DNA of 64,000 nucleotides, from contig JBFHDX010000002.1 in assembly GCA_041584475.1 (NCBI GenBank), forward strand, positions 13,309 to 77,308, read 5' to 3'. The position numbers were made by a program, and so were the translations under genes. The notes under the pieces are model-generated. The model was given only the letters and a program-made list of their open reading frames with translations. It was not told where the DNA came from and ran no database searches. Source of the DNA: Alphaproteobacteria bacterium. Its GTDB lineage: Bacteria; Pseudomonadota; Alphaproteobacteria; UBA8366; JADFVY01. Positions 55,425 through 64,000 of this stretch are shown piece by piece (the first letter of the stretch is position 1; the number at the start of each line of letters is the position of its first letter).

Positions 55425-56807
55425 ATGGCCGCGACCTGGACACCGCAGAGCTGGAGGGACAAGCCCATCCGGCAGGTGCCCGTCTATCCGGACTCGGCGC
55501 GCCTCGCCGAGACCGAGACGACGCTGCGGCGGCTGCCGCCCCTGGTCTTCGCCGGCGAGGCGCGGCGCCTGAAGGAAGAGCTGGCCGAGGCGGCGGAGGG
55601 TCGTGCTTTCCTGCTGCAGGGCGGTGACTGCGCCGAATCCTTCGCCGAGTTCAGCGCCAACACGATCCGCGACACCTTCAAGGTGCTGCTGCAGATGGCC
55701 GTGGTGCTGACCTATGCCGGCGGCTGCCCGGTGGTCAAGGTCGGCCGCATGGCCGGCCAGTTCGCCAAGCCGCGGTCGGCCGATACCGAGACGCAGGGCG
55801 GCGTCGAGCTGCCGAGCTACCGCGGCGACATCGTCAACGCCATCGAGTTCGACGAGGCGGCGCGGGCGCCCGACCCCGAGCGCATGGTGCGCGGCTACAA
55901 CCAGGCCGCGGCGACGCTGAACCTGCTGCGCGCCTTCGCCCAGGGCGGCCTCGCCGACCTCAGCAAGGTGCATCAGTGGAACCTCGACTTCGTCGCCGGC
56001 AGCCCGCAGGGCGAGCGCTACGAGGAGCTGGCGACGCGGATCTCGGAATCGCTGGATTTCATGGAAGCCTGCGGCATCACGCCCGAGAGCGTGCCGCAGA
56101 TACGCGAGACGAATTTCTACACCAGCCACGAGGCGCTGCTGCTGGCCTACGAGGAAGCGCTGGTGCGCAAGGACAGCCTGACCGGCGACTGGTACGACTG
56201 CTCGGCCCACATGGTCTGGCTCGGCGAGCGTACGCGCCAGCGCGACGGGGCCCATGTCGAGTTCCTGCGCGGCATCAAGAACCCGATCGGCATCAAGCTG
56301 GGGCCGTCGGCGGATGCGGACGACGTGCTGCGGCTGATCGACGCCCTCAATCCGGCGAACGAGCCGGGTCGCCTGACGCTGATCGGCCGCATGGGCCACG
56401 ACAAGGTGCGCAGCGTCCTGCCGGGCCTCGTCCGCAAGATCGAGCGCGAGGGTCGCGTCGTCGTCTGGTCGTGCGATCCGATGCACGGCAACACCGTCAA
56501 GTCGCCGAGCGGCTACAAGACGCGGCCGTTCGACCGCATCCTCGACGAGGTGCGCGGCTTCTTCGAGGTGCACCGCGAGGAGGGCTCGTACGCCGGCGGC
56601 GTGCATTTCGAGATGACCGGACAGGACGTGACCGAGTGTCTGGGAGGCGCGCAGGAGATCACCGACGGAGACCTGTCGGCGCGCTATCACACGCACTGCG
56701 ATCCGCGGCTCAACGCCAGCCAGTCGCTCGAGCTCGCGTTCCTGATCGCGGATTCGGTCAAGGAGCAGCGGCTCGGCCGTCGCGCGCGCCTGGCGGCCGC
56801 GTCCTGA
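55425..56807 (+). CDS. Class II DAHP synthase
   Basis: [52 protein letters not shown]. Confidence 0.96.
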   Translation: MAATWTPQSWRDKPIRQVPVYPDSARLAETETTLRRLPPLVFAGEARRLKEELAEAAEGRAFLLQGGDCAESFAEFSANTIRDTFKVLLQMAVVLTYAGGCPVVKVGRMAGQFAKPRSADTETQGGVELPSYRGDIVNAIEFDEAARAPDPERMVRGYNQAAATLNLLRAFAQGGLADLSKVHQWNLDFVAGSPQGERYEELATRISESLDFMEACGITPESVPQIRETNFYTSHEALLLAYEEALVRKDSLTGDWYDCSAHMVWLGERTRQRDGAHVEFLRGIKNPIGIKLGPSADADDVLRLIDALNPANEPGRLTLIGRMGHDKVRSVLPGLVRKIEREGRVVVWSCDPMHGNTVKSPSGYKTRPFDRILDEVRGFFEVHREEGSYAGGVHFEMTGQDVTECLGGAQEITDGDLSARYHTHCDPRLNASQSLELAFLIADSVKEQRLGRRARLAAAS

Positions 56808-56842
56808 GCCCGGAGGCCGTGGCCCGCCACGGGTAACCGCCA

Positions 56843-57976
56843 ATGACGCCCAAGCCGGACGCCGTCTCCCGCTGGACCGACACCTATTTCAGCCGGACGC
56901 GCCGGATCGTCGACGAATTCGGCGACTGCCGCGTCACCTATGCGATCTTCATGCGCCGGCCCGTGGTCTGCGCGCCGCGCCTCGCCATCGAGTGGCTCGA
57001 GGCGGTCGCGGCCGAGCGCAAGGCCGACATCGAGATCGAGCTGCGCTATGGCGAGGGGCGCTGGGTCGGCGCCGGCGAGGTGCTGCTTTACATCAGCGGG
57101 CCGTTCGCCCTGCTCGTCGATCTGGAAACGCTGCTGCTGCAGAAGATCGGGCCGGCCTGCGTCGCCGCGTACAATGCCGCGGCGATGTGCATGGACCTGC
57201 CCCGCGTCGCCTTCCTGGCGATGGATGCCCGGCACTGCGCCGGCACCGAGATGGCCGAGCAGATGGCGTACGCGGCGTCGGTCGGGTCGGGCCGTGCCAA
57301 GCGCAAGATCGGCGCCGTCGGCTTCATCGGCAACGCGACCGATGCCACGGCGCATTATTTCGGGCTGCAGGAGGGCCTCGGCACGATGCCGCACGCGCTG
57401 ATCGGCTATGCCGGATCGACCGTGCGGGCGGCCGAGATGTTCCACGAGACCTATCCGGAAGAGCCGCTGACCGTGCTGGTCGATTATTTCGGCAAGGAGG
57501 TGAGCGATTCGATCGAGGTCTGCGAGCGGTTCCCGGACCTCGCCGGCGACGGCCGGCTGCGCGTGCGCCTCGATACGCCGGGATCGCGCTTCTGCGAGGG
57601 CCTCGATCCGACCGCTTCCTATGCCGCGCTCGACCGGCACGTGCCGCGCGCGATCCGCGGTTACCGCACCGAGGAGGAGCTGCGCGACCTCGTCGGGCCC
57701 GGCGTCTCCGCGGCCGCCATCTGGCACATGCGCGAACGGCTCGACGCGGCCGGGTTCCGTAATGTCGGGATCGTCGCCTCGAGCGGCTTCGGCCCGCACA
57801 AGTGCAAGACCATGGCGATCGCCGAGGCGCCGATCGACATGATCGGCACCGGCAGCTACCTGCCCGAGCGCTGGACCGAGACCTACGCCACCGCCGACAT
57901 CGTCGAGTATGACGGCGAGCAGCGCGTCAAGGTCGGCCGCGAGTTCCTCCTGCGCAAGCCGGCCGCGCGTCGCTGA
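56843..57976 (+). CDS. Nicotinate phosphoribosyltransferase-like protein
   Basis: TDTYF, MDARHC, GTMPHAL (phospho-His type motif), VLVD, VRLDT, ASSGF, IGTGS. Confidence 0.8.
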   Translation: MTPKPDAVSRWTDTYFSRTRRIVDEFGDCRVTYAIFMRRPVVCAPRLAIEWLEAVAAERKADIEIELRYGEGRWVGAGEVLLYISGPFALLVDLETLLLQKIGPACVAAYNAAAMCMDLPRVAFLAMDARHCAGTEMAEQMAYAASVGSGRAKRKIGAVGFIGNATDATAHYFGLQEGLGTMPHALIGYAGSTVRAAEMFHETYPEEPLTVLVDYFGKEVSDSIEVCERFPDLAGDGRLRVRLDTPGSRFCEGLDPTASYAALDRHVPRAIRGYRTEEELRDLVGPGVSAAAIWHMRERLDAAGFRNVGIVASSGFGPHKCKTMAIAEAPIDMIGTGSYLPERWTETYATADIVEYDGEQRVKVGREFLLRKPAARR

Positions 57977-58435
57977 TCAGAACGCCGCCAGCCGCGCCCG
58001 CAGCTCGGCGAGCACGGCGGCGGCGTCGCGGATCGCCCGCTCGTCCATGCCCGGCGCGATCGTCTCGTAGGCGTCCTCGATGCGCCGCGATACCTCTGCC
58101 AACCGTTCCCTGCCCCGTGCCGTGATGCGGACCAGGCGGGACCGTTTGTGCGCCGGATTGTCGACGAATTCCACGAGGCCCTGCGCGGCCAGCTCGTTCG
58201 CCAGCATCTGAATATGCTGGCGCGATACCGGACGGGCGCGGGCGAGCTGCGGGACGGTCTGCGGTCCCTCGCGGGCGAGGCTGCGCAAGAGCCCCCAGGA
58301 GCCGGCGCCGGCCGGCGTGGTGGCGCCGATCTTCTCGCCGGCGGCACGCAGCCTGAAATAGGTGTGGATGACCTCCATGCCCAGCTCGAACAGGGCGCGG
58401 CCGGCCGCCGTCCGCTCGCTCTTCGCCTTCGCCAT
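57977..58435 (-). CDS. MarR family transcriptional regulator
   Basis: GPQTVPQLAR.RPVSRQHIQ...N.L...GLVEF..NPAHKRS.L..IT..G winged HTH. Confidence 0.9.
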   Translation of the reverse strand: MAKAKSERTAAGRALFELGMEVIHTYFRLRAAGEKIGATTPAGAGSWGLLRSLAREGPQTVPQLARARPVSRQHIQMLANELAAQGLVEFVDNPAHKRSRLVRITARGRERLAEVSRRIEDAYETIAPGMDERAIRDAAAVLAELRARLAAF

Positions 58436-58456
58436 GCGATCTCCTGAAAGCTAAAA

Positions 58457-58511
58457 TGACAATTGACTTGTCAAGCTGCGTAACCTGCACTATATGACAA
58501 TTATATTGTCA
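58457..58511. promoter_or_regulatory. Two palindromic operators TGACAA-N5-TTGTCA
   Basis: TGACAATTGACTTGTCA (58457-58473) and TGACAATTATATTGTCA (58495-58511) in the divergent marR/methyltransferase gap. Confidence 0.8.
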
Positions 58512-58538
58512 AATTGTGCGACGGCAAGGATCCGAACG

Positions 58539-59174
58539 ATGGCCGGAAAAGCGTGCGAGGCGACGAGCCAATGGGGCAGGCCGCGGGGTATCGCCGGCTG
58601 GCTCGTCTGCCGCATCATGGCGGCGAAGAACAGGGGGATGAACCGGGCCGCGGTCGCGCACCTCACCCCCCGGCCCGGCGAGCGCGTTCTCGAGATCGGC
58701 GGCGGCGCCGGCGTCACGACGGCCGCCCTCGTCGACCACGTCGGCGCCGATGGCTTCGTCGCCGCGCTCGACCATTCGGAGACCGCGGTGCGTCTGGCGC
58801 GCAAGCGGAACCGGGCGGCCGTCGCTACGGGCCGGGCTGATATCCGCTGCGCCGGCGTGTCGCAGATGCCGTTCGCGGATGCGCGTTTCGACGGCGTGAT
58901 CGCGGTCAACAATTTCCATTTCTGGCCGAGGCCCGAGTCCGACATGCGCGAGGTCTGGCGGGTACTCAGGCCCGGCGGGCGGGTCGTGATCGGCATCCGT
59001 GGCGCCGCCCGGCCGCTGCGTTTCGAGTTTGCCGGCGCCGAGCTCGGGCGCGGGCGCGCGGAAAAGGCGTGCAACGCCATGGCGGCGGCAGGATTCGCCG
59101 ACATCCGCATCGAGGAAAGTCCGCTCGGCCGGCTGCTGGCGCTGTCGGTGATCGGCCGCAAGGGCCGCCGCTAG
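58539..59174 (+). CDS. Class I SAM-dependent methyltransferase
   Basis: Q.GRPRG..G....IM...N, VLEIGGGAG, LDHS, FDGVIAVN, RVLRPGG. Confidence 0.88.
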   Translation: MAGKACEATSQWGRPRGIAGWLVCRIMAAKNRGMNRAAVAHLTPRPGERVLEIGGGAGVTTAALVDHVGADGFVAALDHSETAVRLARKRNRAAVATGRADIRCAGVSQMPFADARFDGVIAVNNFHFWPRPESDMREVWRVLRPGGRVVIGIRGAARPLRFEFAGAELGRGRAEKACNAMAAAGFADIRIEESPLGRLLALSVIGRKGRR

Positions 59175-59232
59175 GCGGCGAAACCGGCCGGTACTGATGC
59201 CGGCCCAGTTCAACCCGAGAGAGGAGACGGAG

Positions 59233-59742
59233 ATGGATCGGGGAACACACAGGCGAACAAGCCATTTCAACGTCGTGCTCATACTGCTGGCGGTCGGCGC
59301 CGTCGTCCTGGCGCTGGCCGTGCTCGACCCGGTGGCCTGGGCGACGCAGTACCGCGGCCGGGATCATGCCGGTCATCGCGACGGCAACGACGTGATGGCC
59401 AGGCTATGCGGCGACGAATTCGACGGCCGGTTGCGCGGGCTGACCGGCTATGTGGTCGATTGGCTGGAACTCGACGCAACGCAGCGAACGGCCTGGGATC
59501 GCGTCGAGGCGGCGCTCGCCGACGGCATGACGACATTGCGCGGACTGTGCGGCGACATGCCGGCGACCGCGGCCGGATCGACCGCGCCCGAGCGACTGGC
59601 GCAGGCCGAGGCGTTCATGGAAGCGGGCACCGAAGCCGTTCGGAAGTTGCGACCGAACTTCGAGGCGTTCTACGCGACGCTCGGCGAAGCCCAGCGTGCG
59701 TCGCTGGACGACGCGCTTGCAGGGCGCGGCCACCGGCACTGA
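59233..59742 (+). CDS. Spy/CpxP (LTXXQ) family periplasmic chaperone-like protein
   Basis: Signal peptide, LELDATQRTAW, APERL, FYATLGEAQRA.LD. Confidence 0.75.
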   Translation: MDRGTHRRTSHFNVVLILLAVGAVVLALAVLDPVAWATQYRGRDHAGHRDGNDVMARLCGDEFDGRLRGLTGYVVDWLELDATQRTAWDRVEAALADGMTTLRGLCGDMPATAAGSTAPERLAQAEAFMEAGTEAVRKLRPNFEAFYATLGEAQRASLDDALAGRGHRH

Positions 59743-59797
59743 GGCGGGGTGGAATGACGGGCCGCCGGGTGCCGGCGGCCCGTATCCCGGTGTCGGC

Positions 59798-60637
59798 TCA
59801 GGGTCCGGTGCCCGATCGCTTGACCAGGGTGACGTTGCCCGTCCGATCGAGATCGTCGAACAGGTCGGCCAGGACCTCGCAGGCGATCGTCCCGTAGCGG
59901 TCACGCATGCGCTGCCGGCCTTCCGGGCTCGCCATCTCGTCGCGCAACGGCCGGAACAGGGCCCCCATGAGCAGGCGGAACTCGGCCGCTCCGAAGGTCC
60001 AGCCGCGCTCCGCCTCGTCGTCGCCCAGCGGCATCTCGGAGCGGATGATGTCGATCAGCCAGTCGCGGCGGCGCGGCAGGTCGGTGAAGTGCTTGCTGAC
60101 GTGGACGAGGACGTCGTTGACGATCACCTGGCTGGTCGGATCCGTATACACGTCCTCCCAGTCGAAATCGTTGCCGCGCGCGGTCTGGATAATGCGCACG
60201 AGCTCGCGGCAGCGGGTCTGGTACTGCTCCAGCAGGACCGGGCCGAGCATCTGGTGTATGGCCAGCAGGAAGCCGGGCACGATGCGCCGCGACAGGCCGC
60301 GTCCGGCGACCGCCGGCTGGTTCGGGGCCGGCAGCAGATGGGCGACCGGCCTGATGACGAGACGCTCGAACGGCATGCGGCGGCCGCTTTCGCGGCGCAC
60401 TTCGTCGATCACCGCGAGGCACTCGTTCCAGCCGGTCCGGTAGAAGTCGATGCTGTCGTCGTCGACGCGGCACTTGAAGCCGTCGACGACGGCCCGCATC
60501 TGCCGCGTATCGAGGCTGCCGCCGTGTCGCCGGCTCTCGCCCTCGAGCAGGTCCGCGACCCGGTCCAGCAGGATTTCGGACAGGCTGCGCAGCCGCGAAG
60601 GTCCCGGTCCCAGACCCTGACTCTCGTCGTCGACCAT
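59798..60637 (-). CDS. Hypothetical protein (paralog of 60794-61597)
   Basis: 279 aa with gene-like codon usage; shares motifs with its neighbour. Confidence 0.8.
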   Translation of the reverse strand: MVDDESQGLGPGPSRLRSLSEILLDRVADLLEGESRRHGGSLDTRQMRAVVDGFKCRVDDDSIDFYRTGWNECLAVIDEVRRESGRRMPFERLVIRPVAHLLPAPNQPAVAGRGLSRRIVPGFLLAIHQMLGPVLLEQYQTRCRELVRIIQTARGNDFDWEDVYTDPTSQVIVNDVLVHVSKHFTDLPRRRDWLIDIIRSEMPLGDDEAERGWTFGAAEFRLLMGALFRPLRDEMASPEGRQRMRDRYGTIACEVLADLFDDLDRTGNVTLVKRSGTGP

Positions 60638-60793
60638 CGTGCCTCGCCCCTTTCCCGAACGACACCCCGCGCGCGGCCAAACCGTGCCGCGCGCCCCGGA
60701 ACCCGAAATTTCCCCGCTTCCCCTGGCTTCCGTTATACCGGGTAATCGTAAACAATCCTGAAAGACGGCAAGCCGGCTCCGCCGATCCGGGAT

Positions 60794-61597
60794 TTATCCG
60801 CCGCTTTCGAGATTGCCGATGAAGGCTCGAAGTCGCTCCACCGCCGGCTCCCCGTGTCGTTCGACCAGGCGGGCACGGCCCGCCTTCGACCTGAGATCCT
60901 GTGCGAGGTGGGCGAACAGGGCGTTCATGATCAGCGCGAAGCCCTCGTCGTCCAGCGCGGCGGCGTGGCCCGACCCGTTCGTCGGCGCCGGCATCGCGTC
61001 GTTCACGAGGCCGATGAACCAGTCGCGCTGCTCGTCGAAGTCGGCGAATTCCTGGGCCACCAGAACCAGCACATCGTCGACGATGAGCTGGCTCGTCGGG
61101 TCGGCGTAGACGTCGTCCCAGTGGAAGGCGCCGCCGCGGGCGCTGCGCGTCGAGCGCACGAGCTCGCGGCAGCGTTCCTGGTGACGGCCGAACAGCAGCG
61201 GCCCGATCAGATCCTCGATCGCCGCCAGATAGCCCGGAATGACGTGCCGCGATATCGACTGCCCGCCGGCGTTCCCGTTGCCCGACCGCGGCAGCAGATG
61301 CGCGAACGGCCAGACCAGCAGCCGCTCGAAGGACGCCTTGCGATCCTCGCCCCGGTCCTCGGCGTCGTAGAGCAGCCCGCAATCCTTCCATGCCGCACGA
61401 CAGATCGCCGCCAGCGTGGGTGAATCCGGCTGCTTGAACGCGCGCGCCGCCTCCTCGATGTCGGCCTCGCCGAGTCTTCCGCCGCCGGCGTCCGCGCGCG
61501 TCCGCAGCTCGCGCATGAATACGGCGAGCGCGCGGTACAGGTAGGCACGGATGATTGCGGGGCCCGGGTCCAGTTCGGTCGTCGGTCGGTCGGTCAT
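60794..61597 (-). CDS. Hypothetical protein (paralog of 59798-60637)
   Basis: 267 aa, GGAG SD; shared FERL, AHLLP, RCRELV, W.DVY.DPTSQ motifs. Confidence 0.8.
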   Translation of the reverse strand: MTDRPTTELDPGPAIIRAYLYRALAVFMRELRTRADAGGGRLGEADIEEAARAFKQPDSPTLAAICRAAWKDCGLLYDAEDRGEDRKASFERLLVWPFAHLLPRSGNGNAGGQSISRHVIPGYLAAIEDLIGPLLFGRHQERCRELVRSTRSARGGAFHWDDVYADPTSQLIVDDVLVLVAQEFADFDEQRDWFIGLVNDAMPAPTNGSGHAAALDDEGFALIMNALFAHLAQDLRSKAGRARLVERHGEPAVERLRAFIGNLESGG

Positions 61598-61740
61598 GTG
61601 TTCGCTCCAGTTGCTGCGCCGGCAGGCTGGCGGCCGCGAATCCCGCAGCTTCGGCTTGATTTCAAGCGCGTCGCGATAGGATAGTCTGCGGCGACGTTTG
61701 AATTTAAACCGGTACGTGGTTGCCGGACGGTAAACGGGAC

Positions 61741-63402
61741 ATGACGGACAGAGTCCGAATCGGCCTCGCCCAGTGCAATCCGACGGTGGGCGACATTGCG
61801 GGGAACGTCGCGCTCATCCGTGCGTCGAGCGCCGCCGCGGCGGCGGACGGGGCGGATCTCGTCGTCTTCCCCGAACTCGTCGTCTGCGGCTATCCGCCGG
61901 AAGATCTGGTGCTGAAGCCGTTCTTCCTCGACCGCATCGAGGCCGCGGTCGAGGAACTCGCAGCCACGACCGCCGATGGCGGGCCGGCGCTGCTGATCAG
62001 CGCGCCGTGGCGGCAAGAGGGAGCCCTGCACAGCGCCGCCCTGCTGCTCGACGGCGGCGAGATCGCGGCCGTGCGGTTCAAGCACGACCTGCCCAACTAC
62101 GGCGTGTTCGACGAGAAGCGCGTCTTCAGTCCCGGCCCGCTTCCAGGTCCGGTCTCGTTCCGCGGCGTCCGGCTCGGCGTCATGATCTGCGAGGACATGT
62201 GGACGCCGGACGTCACCGAATGCCTCGACGAGTCGGGGGCGGAAATCCTGATCGTCGTCAACGGCTCGCCGTACGAGAGCGACAAGGTGGACGAGCGCAT
62301 CCAGCTGGCGGCGGCGCGCACGACCGAAGCGAGGCTGCCGCTGGTCTACGTCAACCAGGTCGGCGGCCAGGACGAGCTCGTGTTCGACGGCGGCTCCTTC
62401 GTGCTCAACGCCGATTGCAGCGTCGCCGCCTGCCTTCCCGCCTTCTGCGCCGCCGACCAGGTCACCGACTGGACGCGGGCCGGCGACGGCTGGCGCTGCG
62501 CCGAATCGATGCGCACCGCGCCGCCCGAGCGCGAGGAAGCGATGTACCGGGCGATGGTGCTGGGCCTTGCGGACTATGTCGGCAAGAACGGCTTTCCCGG
62601 CGTCGTCATCGGCCTGTCCGGCGGCGTCGATTCCGCCCTGACCGCGGTCGTCGCGGTCGACGCGCTCGGCGCCGACAGGGTGCATTGCGTGATGATGCCG
62701 TCGCCCTACACGAGCCGCGAAAGCCTCGAGGACGCGGCGGCCTGCGCGCAGGCGCTCGGCGTGCGGCTCGACGAGGTCGGGATCGAGCCGGCGATGCGGG
62801 CGTTCGAGGCCATGCTGAAGCCGGTGTTCGGCGAGCGCGCGCCGGACACGACGGAGGAGAACATCCAGGCGCGCAGCCGCGGCATCGTCCTGATGGCGCT
62901 GTCCAACAAGTTCGGGCACATGCTGCTGACCACCGGCAACAAGTCGGAGATGTCGGTCGGCTATGCCACGCTGTACGGCGACATGGCGGGCGGCTATTCC
63001 GTCCTCAAGGACGTCTACAAGACCGATGTCTACGCCCTGTCGCGCTGGCGCAACGCCCATGCTCCGGCCGACCTCAAGGGGCCGGCCGGCGAGGTCGTCC
63101 CGCAGCGGATCATCACCAAGCCGCCCTCGGCCGAACTCAAGCCCGGCCAGACCGACCAGGATTCGCTGCCGCCCTACGACGTGCTCGACGATATCCTGCA
63201 GTGCCTGATCGAGCACGAGATGGGGCTCGACGACATCGTCGCCCGCGGCCACCCGCCGGCGCTCGTGCAGCGCGTCTGGCGCATGCTCGACGTCGCGGAA
63301 TACAAGCGCCGCCAGGCGCCGCCGGGGGTCAAGCTGACGCGGCGTGCCTTCGGCCGCGACCGGAGATATCCGATCACCAACGCCTTCACGAAGATCCTCT
63401 GA
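61741..63402 (+). CDS. nadE: Glutamine-dependent NAD+ synthetase
   Basis: Nitrilase domain ([27 protein letters not shown]) plus [33 protein letters not shown]. Confidence 0.97.
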   Translation: MTDRVRIGLAQCNPTVGDIAGNVALIRASSAAAAADGADLVVFPELVVCGYPPEDLVLKPFFLDRIEAAVEELAATTADGGPALLISAPWRQEGALHSAALLLDGGEIAAVRFKHDLPNYGVFDEKRVFSPGPLPGPVSFRGVRLGVMICEDMWTPDVTECLDESGAEILIVVNGSPYESDKVDERIQLAAARTTEARLPLVYVNQVGGQDELVFDGGSFVLNADCSVAACLPAFCAADQVTDWTRAGDGWRCAESMRTAPPEREEAMYRAMVLGLADYVGKNGFPGVVIGLSGGVDSALTAVVAVDALGADRVHCVMMPSPYTSRESLEDAAACAQALGVRLDEVGIEPAMRAFEAMLKPVFGERAPDTTEENIQARSRGIVLMALSNKFGHMLLTTGNKSEMSVGYATLYGDMAGGYSVLKDVYKTDVYALSRWRNAHAPADLKGPAGEVVPQRIITKPPSAELKPGQTDQDSLPPYDVLDDILQCLIEHEMGLDDIVARGHPPALVQRVWRMLDVAEYKRRQAPPGVKLTRRAFGRDRRYPITNAFTKIL

Positions 63403-63403
63403 C

Positions 63404-64000
63404 ATGGCCGCGGCACCGGTGAAGGTCCGCTTCGCGCCGAGCCCGACCGGCCTGCTGCACGTGGGAAACGCGCGGCTGGCGCTCGTTAACTGGCTGTATG
63501 CGCGCCACGCCGGCGGGACATTCCTGCTGCGCCTCGACGATACCGATCCGGATCGCTCGCGCGCCGACCACGCCGCGGCCATCGAGGAGGATTTGCGCTG
63601 GCTCGGGCTCGGCTGGGACGAATTCGTGCGCCAGTCGGACCGGGTCGAGCACTACGCCGCCGCGGTCGAGCGGCTCAAGCGGGCCGGCCGGCTGTATCCT
63701 TGCTACGAGACGTCGCAGGAGCTGGCGCTGGCGCGGAAGCTGCAGCGCGGCCGCGGCCTGCCGCCGGTCTACGACCGCGCCGCGCTGCGGCTCTCCGAGC
63801 CGGAGCGGGCGCAGCTCGAATCCGCCGGCCGGCAGCCGCACTGGCGCCTGCTGCTGGCGGACGAGCCGGTCGAATGGCGGGACCTCGGCCGCGGTGCCGT
63901 GCGCTTCGAGGCCGGCCACATGAGCGATCCGGTCCTCGTCCGCGAGGACGGCCATCCGCTGTACACGCTGTCCTCCGTCGTCGATGACGGGGAGCTCGCG
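63404..64000 (+). CDS. gltX: Glutamate-tRNA ligase (partial, runs off window)
   Basis: ATG 63404: [49 protein letters not shown]. Absent from the ORF track because there is no stop in the window. Confidence 0.93.
   Translation, partial: MAAAPVKVRFAPSPTGLLHVGNARLALVNWLYARHAGGTFLLRLDDTDPDRSRADHAAAIEEDLRWLGLGWDEFVRQSDRVEHYAAAVERLKRAGRLYPCYETSQELALARKLQRGRGLPPVYDRAALRLSEPERAQLESAGRQPHWRLLLADEPVEWRDLGRGAVRFEAGHMSDPVLVREDGHPLYTLSSVVDDGELA

Overview
64 kb of high-GC chromosomal DNA from an alphaproteobacterium, probably Rhodospirillales-like (inferred from gene order, protein style and a GAAC-N7-GAAC LexA box). Most of it is core genes: ruvAB-ybgC-tolQRAB-pal-cpoB-tilS-ftsH-glmM-thiD, class Ia nrdAB, aapJQMP, tRNA-Val(CAC), gph/glmU-glmS, gabD, gor, class II DAHP synthase, a pncB-like gene, nadE and the start of gltX. 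Accessory blocks lie between these: a methanethiol oxidase cluster (mtoX-sco-mauG), a coupled coxL(form II)-methyltransferase-cysQ operon, chrB-chrA, a multicopper oxidase, a MarR/methyltransferase pair and two tandem paralogous unknown proteins. I found no transposase, integrase, prophage or CRISPR array. The most notable unexplained signals are: (1) a degenerate HNH-like ORF with a strong RBS between nrdA and nrdB; (2) an nrdA promoter carrying tandem NrdR boxes, a perfect LexA box and DnaA-like boxes; (3) a 5x12-bp repeat next to the mtoX RBS; (4) a 400-bp intergenic region with an AT-rich dif-like palindrome and a duplicated ~53-bp element upstream of a SRAP gene; (5) a ~1180-aa GltD/NfnB-PyrK/NfnA fusion oxidoreductase; (6) a structured, RBS-sequestering leader upstream of chrB. 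All calls come from reading the sequence; no database search was run. Many start codons were moved from the ORF track to better-supported positions.
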